A stretch of DNA of 64,000 nt, from contig CAZSQJ010000001.1 of NCBI GenBank assembly GCA_964608665.1, forward strand, positions 44,965-108,964, read 5' to 3'. The stretch is from an uncultured Bacteroidales bacterium. Lineage in GTDB: Bacteria; Bacteroidota; Bacteroidia; Bacteroidales; CAIXZF01. The position numbers and the translations under genes are program-made. Shown one piece after another: positions 26,927-36,025 of the stretch. The notes under the pieces were generated by a model. The model saw nothing but the letters and a program-made list of their open reading frames with translations, ran no database searches and was not told the DNA's origin. Every line of letters begins with the position of its first letter. Positions within the stretch are counted from its first letter, which is position 1.

Positions 26927-28171
26927 CTAATCCAGCAGGTGAACGACCAGACCGCTTCTGAGTTTGGGTTCAAACCAGGTAGTTTTCGGCGGCATGATGT
27001 TGTCTGTATCGGCAATATCGATCAATTGCTTCATAGACACCGGATAGAGGGCAAAAGCAGCTGCCATTTCCCCGCTGTCGACACGTTTCTTCAGTTCTTC
27101 GAGTCCGCGGATGCCACCCACGAAATCAATCCGTTTTGAAGTTCTCAGGTCGGTGATGCCCAGAATATTGTCGAGCACCTGCCTGGAAAGGATGGTAACA
27201 TCCAGCACCCCGATGGGATCATCGTCGCGATAGGTGCCTTCTTTGGCCTGCAAACTGTACCATTTTCCACCGAGGTAAAGGGAGAAGTTATGAAGACAAC
27301 AGGGCTTGTAAATTTCTGTTCCCTTGTCTTCCAACGTAAAACCCTCGCCCAGGCGTTCCAGGAAGGCGGCTGGACTGAGACCGTTGAGATCCCTGACAAC
27401 ACGATTGTAGTCAATGATTGTCAGTTGATTATCAGGAAAATGTACTGCGAGAAAATAGTTATATTCCTCATTCCCGTGATGGGATGGGTTCTGTCGCTTT
27501 TTCTCATCCCCAACCAGGGCAGCAGCAGCGGTACGATGATGTCCATCAGCGACATAAGTATACGGAATACCTTCAAAAAGCGATGTAAGGCGCCTGATGA
27601 CATCTTTGTCACGGATAACCCAGAACTGATGTCTGACCTCATCCACAGCCAAAAAATCATATTCAGGTGTTTGTTGTGTAATGCCGTTCACGATGCTGTC
27701 AATTTCAGGCCGGGCAGGGTAGGTGAAGAAAACAGGTTCCATGTTGGCATTGGTGATCCTCACATGTTTCATCCTGTCTTCTTCCTTATCCTTCCTGGTA
27801 AGTTCATGCTTCTTAATGATGCCGTTCAGGTAATCATCAACGGCAGCACATCCGACCAGTCCAACCTGAGTTTTCCCCCACATGGTTTGTGCATATACAT
27901 AAAGGTACGCATCATCGTCTGCTACAAGCCAGCCATTCTGCCTGAACAGGTGGAAGTTCTCCCTGGCTTTTTCATACACTTCAGGCAGGTGTTCGTCGAT
28001 GCCCTCTTCAAGGTCGATCTCTGGTTTAATGATATGAAGCAGGGAATATGGATTCCCTTCGGCTTCAATTCTGGCTTCGGAAGAATTGAGAACATCATAC
28101 GGACGCGAAGCCACATCCTTTGCCAGGTGTACAGGCGGTCTGAGCCCTCTGAAAGCTTTAAGTTTTGCCAT
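26927..28171 (-). CDS. DUF1015 family protein
   Basis: 414 aa. N-terminus MAKLKAFRGLRPPVHLAKDVASRPYDVL and the ADGHHR block are typical of DUF1015. Sits next to serA/serC. Confidence 0.85.
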   Translation of the reverse strand: MAKLKAFRGLRPPVHLAKDVASRPYDVLNSSEARIEAEGNPYSLLHIIKPEIDLEEGIDEHLPEVYEKARENFHLFRQNGWLVADDDAYLYVYAQTMWGKTQVGLVGCAAVDDYLNGIIKKHELTRKDKEEDRMKHVRITNANMEPVFFTYPARPEIDSIVNGITQQTPEYDFLAVDEVRHQFWVIRDKDVIRRLTSLFEGIPYTYVADGHHRTAAAALVGDEKKRQNPSHHGNEEYNYFLAVHFPDNQLTIIDYNRVVRDLNGLSPAAFLERLGEGFTLEDKGTEIYKPCCLHNFSLYLGGKWYSLQAKEGTYRDDDPIGVLDVTILSRQVLDNILGITDLRTSKRIDFVGGIRGLEELKKRVDSGEMAAAFALYPVSMKQLIDIADTDNIMPPKTTWFEPKLRSGLVVHLLD

Positions 28172-28201
28172 GTGTTTCCGGAATTATGGTATTACGCTTT
28201 T

Positions 28202-28233
28202 AACAGGGAGGGGCTTAAGCCCAACTCCCTGTT
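28202..28233. repeat. Strong GC-rich hairpin between the four-helix-bundle gene and the DUF1015 gene
   Basis: AACAGGGAG (28202-28210) pairs with CTCCCTGTT (28225-28233). Inner palindrome GGGCTTAAGCCC. The T-rich tract (TCTCTTTT) is on the + side only, although both neighbouring genes are on the - strand. Confidence 0.55.
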
Positions 28234-28283
28234 TCTCTTTTGATTAGACTTGAATGTTTGCAGTTTGTCTGAAGCCGGTGGTT

Positions 28284-28694
28284 CTAATCGCTGTCATCCC
28301 CCGGTCCGATGGGACTCTTCTGCAGGGATCCGATCAGAGCGCCGAGCATTTTAGTCATCTCCATCAGCTGGTTCCTCGAATTATCAAATGCATCATCAGG
28401 GATGTATCCCATGCCCCGGCACAGGGTAGTGAAAACAACGCATTCCCTTACACAGCTTTTCGCCATTTTCAGGTAGTAAACAAACTGACTTTTATTCCGG
28501 CTGGAACCCTCTGCGATATGAAGTGCAATATTCTGGGCAGATACCACAAATCTGTCTGCCAGTCCGTTGCTTCCTGCCTCCGGGATCAGCCTTACGGATT
28601 GGTGTACCCACTCAATGTACTCCAGGGCTTTGTTGTATATCCGGAGATCCTCGAACCTGAAAAAAGTCGGGATTCTTTCAACATCGTTTTCCAT
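28284..28694 (-). CDS. Four-helix-bundle protein (TIGR02436 / 23S rRNA intervening-sequence protein family)
   Basis: 136 aa. FEDLRIYNKALEY, AQNIALHIAEGSSRNKSQFVYYLKMAKSCVRE and MLGALIGSLQK are hallmark blocks of this family. Confidence 0.85.
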   Translation of the reverse strand: MENDVERIPTFFRFEDLRIYNKALEYIEWVHQSVRLIPEAGSNGLADRFVVSAQNIALHIAEGSSRNKSQFVYYLKMAKSCVRECVVFTTLCRGMGYIPDDAFDNSRNQLMEMTKMLGALIGSLQKSPIGPGDDSD

Positions 28695-28780
28695 ATGATA
28701 TCATCGTTTGAGATAGTTATTTAAGTATATTTCTCCCGTGCCGTACATCAAACTGCACCAGTAACTGTAATGGCTGTGAA

Positions 28781-29704
28781 CTAAGGATTAACCTGGAAGG
28801 TTTTGTCCCCATGCCTGATAAATCCCACGATCTGTCTTGCTGCTGCCAGTCCGGCATTGATGTTTGCCTCTTCCGTCTGGGCACCCGTTTTTTTTGCGGT
28901 GAACAGGAACCTTCCGGGGAAGGCAGCGGCCAGTTGTTCTTTACAATCCGGTTCTATATCAGACAGATAGCTGAAGTCCTTTCTTTCTTCCATCATTTTG
29001 ATAAGGGATTCTTCGCAAACGATTTCCTTCCTGGCAGTATTTACCAGGGTAGCACCGGCCGGCATTCTTTTCAGCAGTTCCAGGTTAATGGACTTTTTGG
29101 TATCAGCGCTTGCAGGAATATGGAGGCTGACGTACTGACATTCAGCATAAAGCGCTTCGGCAGAAGACAGTGGGGTAACACCGGCTCCGGTCATTTTCGC
29201 TGCAGGGATAAATGGGTCATAACCAAACACTTCCATCCCAAAACCTTGAGCAATCATGGCCACATATTTTCCGACATTCCCGTAAGCATGGATTCCGAGT
29301 TTTTTTCCTCTGAGTTCCGTCCCGGATTTGCCGGTAAAACCTTTCCGCAGGTGGTAGAGCATAAGACCAAATGCCAGCTCGGCAACGGCATTGGCATTTT
29401 GTCCCGGGGTATTCATGGCAACCACACCTTTTGCGGTGCAGGCTGCGAGATCGAGATTGTCGTAACCGGCACCGGCCCGTACAACGATTTTAAGTGCGGG
29501 AGCGGCATCCACCACTTCCTTTGAAACGATGTCGCTTCTGACGATCAGGGCATCGGCATCCCTGACAGCATCCAGCAGTGCCGACACTTCGGTGTAGTTT
29601 TCAAGCAGGGCAAATTCAAATCCGGCTTCCTGCACGATTTTCCGGATACCTTCCACAGCCTGGGCTGCAAAAGGTTTTTCGGTGGCAACGAGTACTTTTG
29701 TCAT
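28781..29704 (-). CDS. serA: D-3-phosphoglycerate dehydrogenase / D-isomer 2-hydroxyacid dehydrogenase (short form)
   Basis: 307 aa. NAD-binding GIHAYGNVGKYVA and a D-2-hydroxyacid dehydrogenase core. Adjacent to serC. Confidence 0.85.
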   Translation of the reverse strand: MTKVLVATEKPFAAQAVEGIRKIVQEAGFEFALLENYTEVSALLDAVRDADALIVRSDIVSKEVVDAAPALKIVVRAGAGYDNLDLAACTAKGVVAMNTPGQNANAVAELAFGLMLYHLRKGFTGKSGTELRGKKLGIHAYGNVGKYVAMIAQGFGMEVFGYDPFIPAAKMTGAGVTPLSSAEALYAECQYVSLHIPASADTKKSINLELLKRMPAGATLVNTARKEIVCEESLIKMMEERKDFSYLSDIEPDCKEQLAAAFPGRFLFTAKKTGAQTEEANINAGLAAARQIVGFIRHGDKTFQVNP

Positions 29705-29779
29705 AATCCTGGAGATAAAATGTTGAATAAGTCGGGTTTCATTATCTGGTACTAAACAAAGATAGCAAAATATGGAGGA

Positions 29780-30850
29780 TTATGCATGCATTTTCTCAAA
29801 TTCATGCATCGCATCGATCAGCGCCTGGACGCTTTCGATGGGCAGCGCATTGTAGGTCGAGGCCCGGAATCCTCCGACTGAGCGGTGACCCTTAATGCCG
29901 ACCATGCCTTTTCCCTGGGCGAACTTGATGAATTCTTCTTCCTTATCCTTGTATGCTTCCTTCATTACAAAACAGATATTCATCAGGGAGCGTGATTCTT
30001 TCTCCGCCGTACCGGTGAACATCCTGCTGTTATCGATGGCATCATACAGCAAGCCGGCTTTTTTCAGGTTCATTTGCTCAACGGCTGCCACGCCGCCAAG
30101 ATCCTTGATCCATCTGAGGGTTTCCTTCAGCGTGAAGATGTTGATACAGGGCGGGGTATTGAAAAGGGAACCCTCTCCGATATGCGTCCTGTAATCCAGC
30201 ATGCTGGGTATTTTCCTTTCGACCTTTCCCAGGGTATCTTCCCTGACGATGACAAAAGTAACTCCTGCCGGCCCCACATTCTTTTGAGCTCCTCCGTATA
30301 TCAGGGCATACTTCGACACATCCACCGGCCTGCTCATGATGTCCGATGACATATCCGCAATCAGGGGGACGGGAGAATCAATGTCTTTGCGCAGTTCCGT
30401 TCCGTAAATGGTGTTGTTGGTAGTGATGTGGAAATAATCCACATCGGTCGGAATCTCAAAGTCACAGGGAACGTAATTGAAGTTTTTCTCAGCTGAAGAG
30501 GCCACGATGACTGTTTCACCGAAAACCCTGGATTCTTTGATCGCCTTCTTGGCCCATACCCCTGTTTCAAGGTAGGCAGCTTTCGACTGGAAATAGTTGT
30601 AGGGAACCATGCAGAACTGCATGCTTGCACCTCCTCCGAGAAAGAGGACGTGATAGCCTTCAGGAATGTTCAGCAATTCTTTGAAAAGGGCAACAGCCTC
30701 ATCGATGATTGCCTGAAAATCTTTGTGCCTGTGAGAGATCTCCATCAGGCCCAGCCCGCTGCCGTTCAGATCGAGAATCGCTCTGGCGGTGTTCTCAACC
30801 GCTATCCTCGGAAGGATGGAGGGACCTGCGTTGAAATTGTGCTTTGTCAT
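29780..30850 (-). CDS. serC: Phosphoserine aminotransferase
   Basis: 356 aa. [37 protein letters not shown] and [10 protein letters not shown] blocks typical of SerC. Confidence 0.95.
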   Translation of the reverse strand: MTKHNFNAGPSILPRIAVENTARAILDLNGSGLGLMEISHRHKDFQAIIDEAVALFKELLNIPEGYHVLFLGGGASMQFCMVPYNYFQSKAAYLETGVWAKKAIKESRVFGETVIVASSAEKNFNYVPCDFEIPTDVDYFHITTNNTIYGTELRKDIDSPVPLIADMSSDIMSRPVDVSKYALIYGGAQKNVGPAGVTFVIVREDTLGKVERKIPSMLDYRTHIGEGSLFNTPPCINIFTLKETLRWIKDLGGVAAVEQMNLKKAGLLYDAIDNSRMFTGTAEKESRSLMNICFVMKEAYKDKEEEFIKFAQGKGMVGIKGHRSVGGFRASTYNALPIESVQALIDAMHEFEKMHA

Positions 30851-30888
30851 GTCTTATAGGTTTTAGTGTGGTTGTTCCGATCAGAACA

Positions 30889-30896
30889 CAAAGATA
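30889..30896 (-). promoter_or_regulatory. -7 box TATCTTTG for the serC-serA operon
   Basis: Reverse complement of caaagata. Lies 39 nt upstream of the serC start (30850). Confidence 0.45.
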
Positions 30897-30929
30897 CAAA
30901 ATACCATCATGTTATTTGTCCTGAAACGT

Positions 30930-31904
30930 TTATTTTTTATCGGGGGAAGCGGGCGGGAAGAGCTCATATTCCACCTTTCTTTCCTTTTTTCCCTTATCCG
31001 GGTCGTCAGGGTTTCTGGCATCCACTTCGCGGGTATAAATCCAACGGCCGTCGCGGAATACAAATCCGTCCTGGATGTTGGTCTCGGGCACGTAAAACTG
31101 GTATTGTCCAGCCAATCCTTCATGCAGCGGTACCAGCCGGTCGAACACAATCATATCTGCAGCCCGCCGTTCTGTCATCTTTTTTTTCCCTTTTTTGACC
31201 TTCACCTGCAACCATTGCCTTGAATAATTCAGGCTCATACTGCTTTTGGCAGAATACTCAAAAACCACCCGTTTGACTTTCCCTGGAAAATGGCTGAACA
31301 CCTGGGCGCCAAAGATAACCTTCCCACGGCTACCGATCTGAACAGGTTCTATCACCTTTTTTCTGCTGAGCGTATTGTGGCCGTCCCATCCCAGCAATAC
31401 AAAATGAACTTTCCCCCTGCTTTTATTTTCAATCAGCCTGTAATAGAGGGCGCCATACCATTGTTCCGGACCAAGTTGTTTTGTCTCGGGGGATTCCAGT
31501 TCGTGTGCCTGATTGTTAAGAACCACAACGCGCTTACTGTTGTGCTGCTGATCAAACCAACGAACAAGGCCGCCGTAGTCAAAACTGCCATCCTGCCTGG
31601 GGATCACCCAGGTGATGATGGTGAACTCACGTCCGGTCGATTCAAGAAAGGAAATGTTTCTCAGGGTATCAAGGCCGTCCAAAGGCAGTCGGCCTGTCTC
31701 CAGCATCCTTGTCAGCAAGGCCGTGAGTTGCCTGCTGGCCTGGTAACGGTCAAAATCTGCCTTTCCCGATTGCAGTTGTTTCGAAAGCATTTGCAGGCTG
31801 TCTGCCATCGGATCTGATTCCTGTGCCCTGATCTCCTGCAGGTTCATGAACCCGGCTAACAATAAAGCATTGTAAAACAAACACTTGACTACCGTACGAA
31901 ACAT
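30930..31904 (-). CDS. Secreted hypothetical protein with lysine-rich segments
   Basis: 324 aa. N-terminal signal-like helix. KKGKKK and DKGKKERK stretches. Lies 20 nt downstream of the porin-like gene on the same strand. No family recognised. Confidence 0.6.
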   Translation of the reverse strand: MFRTVVKCLFYNALLLAGFMNLQEIRAQESDPMADSLQMLSKQLQSGKADFDRYQASRQLTALLTRMLETGRLPLDGLDTLRNISFLESTGREFTIITWVIPRQDGSFDYGGLVRWFDQQHNSKRVVVLNNQAHELESPETKQLGPEQWYGALYYRLIENKSRGKVHFVLLGWDGHNTLSRKKVIEPVQIGSRGKVIFGAQVFSHFPGKVKRVVFEYSAKSSMSLNYSRQWLQVKVKKGKKKMTERRAADMIVFDRLVPLHEGLAGQYQFYVPETNIQDGFVFRDGRWIYTREVDARNPDDPDKGKKERKVEYELFPPASPDKK

Positions 31905-31924
31905 GTTTATTGATTGATCACTGT

Positions 31925-33112
31925 TTAAATTCCAAGTTCCACCTGAATCTGAAAGTAAAAATCTGCTGTGTTGAATCCTGGTCCTTTGCTTTTTCTGTAA
32001 GTCAGGTTGGTTTGGAATTTGGTCATGTGGGCATTGATGTATTTGTTTAAACCCAGGGTATAAAACTCCCGGTCGGGCCAGATTATTTTAACTTTCTCAT
32101 TTGTTTGCAGGACAGCATATCTGACCACAATTTCGTAATCATTGCGGAAAAGGTGGCTCATTTGTGTATTCAGTGCCTGACCAGCCAATACGGCGGTTTC
32201 CATCCCTTCATGAAACATCAGCGGGTTTTCGGCCATCCTGGCGGCGTACTCAATAAATAAGGCATTTCCCCTGTATTTCAGCAGGAGGTCTGCAAAAAAA
32301 GACTGCAGATCCCTTGTTTCCGGCAATAAATCACCGGTCTGACCATTTGTCCTGACAGCATCCTGATTGACAGACCAGGCTGCCGCCAGTGATAACCTGG
32401 GGGTCTTCTCGCGACTCAGGTCTCCTTCAGTGAAATCACCGTTCCGGGCAAATTTTCCGAAAGGCATCACTTCTATTCTGCCGGTATAACAGAGCCCGTT
32501 ATCCTGCCTGGAATAATTTCTCCCTTCACCGGTTGAAACAGCAGCCTTCAGGTTGAAAGGCATGCCGGCAATGCGCTGGCTGTAATAGCCAAACAGGCCG
32601 AAATCGCGGTTGATGTCCAGAGCCGTGGTAACAATGGACCTGTCAATAAACTGCTGCTGGCCGGAAGAAATGATCTCCTGCCTGTTCCCGGGCAGCTTGG
32701 CCTGTCCGAAACCTATGTAAAGATCAGGGTTAAAGCGGTAAAACACGATGGCATCCCTGATCAGGTTGGATGCACCCGTCGGGTTTCCGCCTACATCGTC
32801 CCTCGAAAATCCCAACTGGAACAGATAAGTGAGCCTGGATCCAAGGATATAGCCGTCGAACCTGAGTCTCAACCTGCTGGTACGCGGATCCACGGATTTG
32901 ACACTCAAATCCCTGTCAGAAACCGTGGTAATATTCAGCCGGTTTTGAACCCTGAAGCGGATGTTGACCCCGAAAGCCGTATCGGGTGCATTGAAACCAA
33001 GTCCATGATCGAAACGGATGATGGCCCGCTCATCAAGCAGGACCTGAGCTGTGGTATCATATACAATAAAACATCCTGTGATCAGTATGAAAACCAGAAA
33101 AAAGTTCCTCAT
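31925..33112 (-). CDS. Outer-membrane porin-like beta-barrel (phosphate-selective porin O/P-like)
   Basis: 395 aa. Signal peptide, alternating beta-strand pattern, C-terminal aromatic-rich strand (FYFQIQVELGI). Confidence 0.55.
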   Translation of the reverse strand: MRNFFLVFILITGCFIVYDTTAQVLLDERAIIRFDHGLGFNAPDTAFGVNIRFRVQNRLNITTVSDRDLSVKSVDPRTSRLRLRFDGYILGSRLTYLFQLGFSRDDVGGNPTGASNLIRDAIVFYRFNPDLYIGFGQAKLPGNRQEIISSGQQQFIDRSIVTTALDINRDFGLFGYYSQRIAGMPFNLKAAVSTGEGRNYSRQDNGLCYTGRIEVMPFGKFARNGDFTEGDLSREKTPRLSLAAAWSVNQDAVRTNGQTGDLLPETRDLQSFFADLLLKYRGNALFIEYAARMAENPLMFHEGMETAVLAGQALNTQMSHLFRNDYEIVVRYAVLQTNEKVKIIWPDREFYTLGLNKYINAHMTKFQTNLTYRKSKGPGFNTADFYFQIQVELGI

Positions 33113-33179
33113 AACCCAGACTTTACGTGAATATTCGCGGCCAAATATACTGAATCCTGCTTACTTTTGCGACCAGGTC

Positions 33180-34229
33180 ATGAACGATGCATTGATAAAA
33201 GCCCTGGACAAGCTGGGCAGAAAAATTGAAAACGACTGTCTGGAATACCGTAAGAAAGGTCCGGAAGGTGATAATGAATTCACCAGGGTGCTGGATGAAG
33301 CCTGGAGCCGGAATGCATGGTTTACCAGGGAGCAGTCAGTCTTTGCAATGGAATGTGTTGCCGGAAACCTTTCAGGGGAAAAGCTGCACAGGTGGCTTGC
33401 AGGGTATCACCTCCCGGGACAATGGCGGGAAAAGCCTGCCAGGATCGGGGTTGTTTCAGCCGGCAATATCCCATTGGCTGGGTTTCACGACTGGTTGTGC
33501 GTGATGCTGACCGGCCATGTTTACATCGGTAAACTTTCCGCTCAGGACAGGGTGTTACTTCCCTGGCTCACGGCAATACTTGCAGAAATTTATCCCCCTG
33601 TAACCCAAAACGTAGTGTTTACAGATGGCCGCCTGAGTGACACTGATGCCGTGATTGCATCAGGAAGCAACAACACTTTCCGGTATTTCGAGTATTATTT
33701 CAGACATATCCCTTCCGTGCTTCGGAAAAACCGGAATGCAGCGGCCTTGCTTGACGGAGGGGAATCAGATGCAGAACTTGAACTTCTTGGGGAGGATGTA
33801 TTCCGTTATTTCGGACTGGGATGCAGGAGTGTGAGCAAGATATTCGTTCCGGAGGACTATGATTTCGATCGCTTATTCAGGGCATGGAAAGGATATGAAG
33901 CCACCATACTGCATCATAAGTACAGGAACAACTATGACTATTTTAAATCGGTGTATCTTGTAAACGGAGACGCACACCTGGACAATGGTTATATCCTGCT
34001 CAGGCCATCGGATCAGACTGCATCCCCGGTGGCAGTCCTGTTTTATGAGACCTGTCCTGACATCAGGAATGCCCTGATCCGCATACAGGAAACGGGGGAC
34101 CAGCTGCAGTGTGTGGTCGCACGTGAGCAACACAGCCCGGGAGTTATTCCTTTCGGTCATTCTCAAAAACCATCCTTGAATGACTATGCCGACGGGATTG
34201 ATACGATCGCTTTTTTAAATGATTTGTAA
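33180..34229 (+). CDS. Acyl-CoA reductase (LuxC-like) family protein
   Basis: Start moved to ATG 33180 (MNDALIKAL), which avoids overlap with the porin gene. IGVVSAGNIPLAGFHDWLCVMLTGH block resembles LuxC-type acyl-CoA reductases. Confidence 0.6.
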   Translation: MNDALIKALDKLGRKIENDCLEYRKKGPEGDNEFTRVLDEAWSRNAWFTREQSVFAMECVAGNLSGEKLHRWLAGYHLPGQWREKPARIGVVSAGNIPLAGFHDWLCVMLTGHVYIGKLSAQDRVLLPWLTAILAEIYPPVTQNVVFTDGRLSDTDAVIASGSNNTFRYFEYYFRHIPSVLRKNRNAAALLDGGESDAELELLGEDVFRYFGLGCRSVSKIFVPEDYDFDRLFRAWKGYEATILHHKYRNNYDYFKSVYLVNGDAHLDNGYILLRPSDQTASPVAVLFYETCPDIRNALIRIQETGDQLQCVVAREQHSPGVIPFGHSQKPSLNDYADGIDTIAFLNDL

Positions 34230-34268
34230 GATTATTTGCAAGAATTTTGACTTTTGAATGAAAATATA

Positions 34269-34276
34269 TAATTTTG
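34269..34276 (+). promoter_or_regulatory. -7 box TAATTTTG for rpmE2
   Basis: Exact TAnnTTTG, 20 nt upstream of ATG 34296. Confidence 0.5.
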
Positions 34277-34295
34277 CACGCCCAAAACCAAGACC

Positions 34296-34565
34296 ATGAA
34301 GAAAGATACTCATCCGAAAGATTACCGTTTTGTCGTATTCAAGGACATGTCCAACGACTACAGTTTTATGACGAAGTCCACTGTTCAGACCAAAGATACC
34401 ATTACCTGGGAGGATGGCAAGGAATATCCGCTTGTGAAGCTCGAGATTTCACATACTTCCCATCCCTTCTTCACCGGTAAGATCAAACTGGTTGACACGG
34501 CAGGCAGGGTTGACAAGTTCAAGAACCGGTACCAGAAGCACCTCGACCTGAAAGAAAAGAAATAG
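34296..34565 (+). CDS. rpmE2: 50S ribosomal protein L31, type B (zinc-independent)
   Basis: 89 aa. [17 protein letters not shown]...HPFFTG. Lacks the CxxC zinc ribbon, as in type B L31. Confidence 0.93.
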   Translation: MKKDTHPKDYRFVVFKDMSNDYSFMTKSTVQTKDTITWEDGKEYPLVKLEISHTSHPFFTGKIKLVDTAGRVDKFKNRYQKHLDLKEKK

Positions 34566-34585
34566 GAAACTGTTAATAAGATTTG

Positions 34586-34616
34586 AAAAATCCCGGCAAA
34601 ACCGGGATTTTTTTTT
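34586..34616 (+). terminator. Rho-independent terminator after rpmE2
   Basis: Stem ATCCCGG (34590-34596) / CCGGGAT (34602-34608), loop CAAAA. Preceded by an A-run and followed by 9 T. Confidence 0.8.
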
Positions 34617-34681
34617 AATATTTTGCTGAAGATTTCGTTTACCATTATTTTCAGGCATATCCACCATAAACGCAAGCGGTT

Positions 34682-35866
34682 ATGAATTATATTTTGTTTG
34701 ATGATGCCCACCGCGACTACCTGTTACCATTGACTTTTCTGAGACCCATTGCAGACATCAGGGTCGGAATCCTTACCATCAGGCAGAAATGGGAGCATTA
34801 TCTTGGTGCAGGCACATCGAGCCTTACGGAACCCTACCTCAGTATCAAATTCCCTGTGAAAAGGGATGCCAACAACATCCTGATCAACGGTTCCATACTC
34901 CCGAATCCTGAACTGGTTGAAAAGATCATGGGACTTCATCCCGGACAAGTCATGATCAGGGAGGATATCCTGGTGGCGTATCATGTGACTGCAGAAGAAC
35001 TCGATCGCAATGTCAGATCAGGTGAAATGGAGGAAGTTACCATTGATACTGCTTTCGATAAGATCAACTTCTGCTGGGATATTTTCAACCTGAACAGTGT
35101 GGCTCTGATCCACGATTATGAGCTGCTGACAAAGGGCAGAACCTCTGCACCCATCAGCCAGACCAATAACGTCAGGGGTAGGGATAACATCTTTATTGAA
35201 GAAGGCGCCGTGGTGGAATTTGCCAGCCTGAATGCCACCCAGGGGCCCGTCTACATTGGCAAGAACACTGAAATCATGGAAGGTTCCATGGTAAGAGGCC
35301 CGTTTGCTATATTGGATCACAGCGTGCTGAAGATGGGAACCAGGATATACGGTGGCACGACCATCGGACCCTGCTGCAAGATCGGCGGTGAGTTAAACAA
35401 CACCGTTTTCTTCGGATATTCAAATAAGGCACACGACGGATTTATCGGTCATTCGGTCATAGCCGAATGGTGTAACCTGGGTGCCAATACCAACAACTCC
35501 AACCTTAAAAACACCTATGACGTGGTCAGGGTATGGAATTATCCAGATCAGTCCTTCATCAACACCAATCTTCAGTTCTGCGGGATGATCATGGGTGACC
35601 ATTCCAAAACCGGCATCAGTACAATGATCAATACGGGTACTGTGATCGGAGTATTTGCCAATGTCTTTGGAACGGGATTTCCAAGAAATTTTATTCCGTC
35701 CTTCTCATGGGGTGGTGCCTCCGGATTCCAGACCTATGACCTGATCAAAGCCATCCATGTGGCCACACTCGTTATGAAAAGGAGGGACATGGAACTTAGT
35801 CCGGAAGACGAAAATATCCTGCAGGAAGTGTTCTACCTGACTTTCCCTTACCGCAGGGAACACTGA
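34682..35866 (+). CDS. GlmU-like putative sugar-phosphate nucleotidyltransferase with left-handed beta-helix repeats
   Basis: 394 aa. N-terminal nucleotidyltransferase-like fold (MNYILFDD...LPLTFLRP). C-terminal hexapeptide-repeat region. Confidence 0.7.
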   Translation: MNYILFDDAHRDYLLPLTFLRPIADIRVGILTIRQKWEHYLGAGTSSLTEPYLSIKFPVKRDANNILINGSILPNPELVEKIMGLHPGQVMIREDILVAYHVTAEELDRNVRSGEMEEVTIDTAFDKINFCWDIFNLNSVALIHDYELLTKGRTSAPISQTNNVRGRDNIFIEEGAVVEFASLNATQGPVYIGKNTEIMEGSMVRGPFAILDHSVLKMGTRIYGGTTIGPCCKIGGELNNTVFFGYSNKAHDGFIGHSVIAEWCNLGANTNNSNLKNTYDVVRVWNYPDQSFINTNLQFCGMIMGDHSKTGISTMINTGTVIGVFANVFGTGFPRNFIPSFSWGGASGFQTYDLIKAIHVATLVMKRRDMELSPEDENILQEVFYLTFPYRREH

Positions 35867-36025
35867 GTGTTTGTTTCCATTTAAACACAAGCGGGTTTCA
35901 GGTGTTGATTGATGTGGCACGTTAATTGACAAAGGTATCGTTTTGATTTTTTCTTAACACAATGTCAAGGTTGATCCGGCCGGTTCTGAGAACCCTGAGT
36001 TAATCCTGCCAGCTTTACGTAATCG

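Noticed and set aside
27290-28243. 317-aa + strand ORF antisense to the DUF1015 gene. Similar long antisense ORFs occur at 28811-29524, 8716-9312, 5884-6456, 40775-41323, 46683-47237 and 22227-22769.
   Set aside because: Each overlaps a well-supported gene on the opposite strand and shows no family motifs. I treat them as shadow ORFs.
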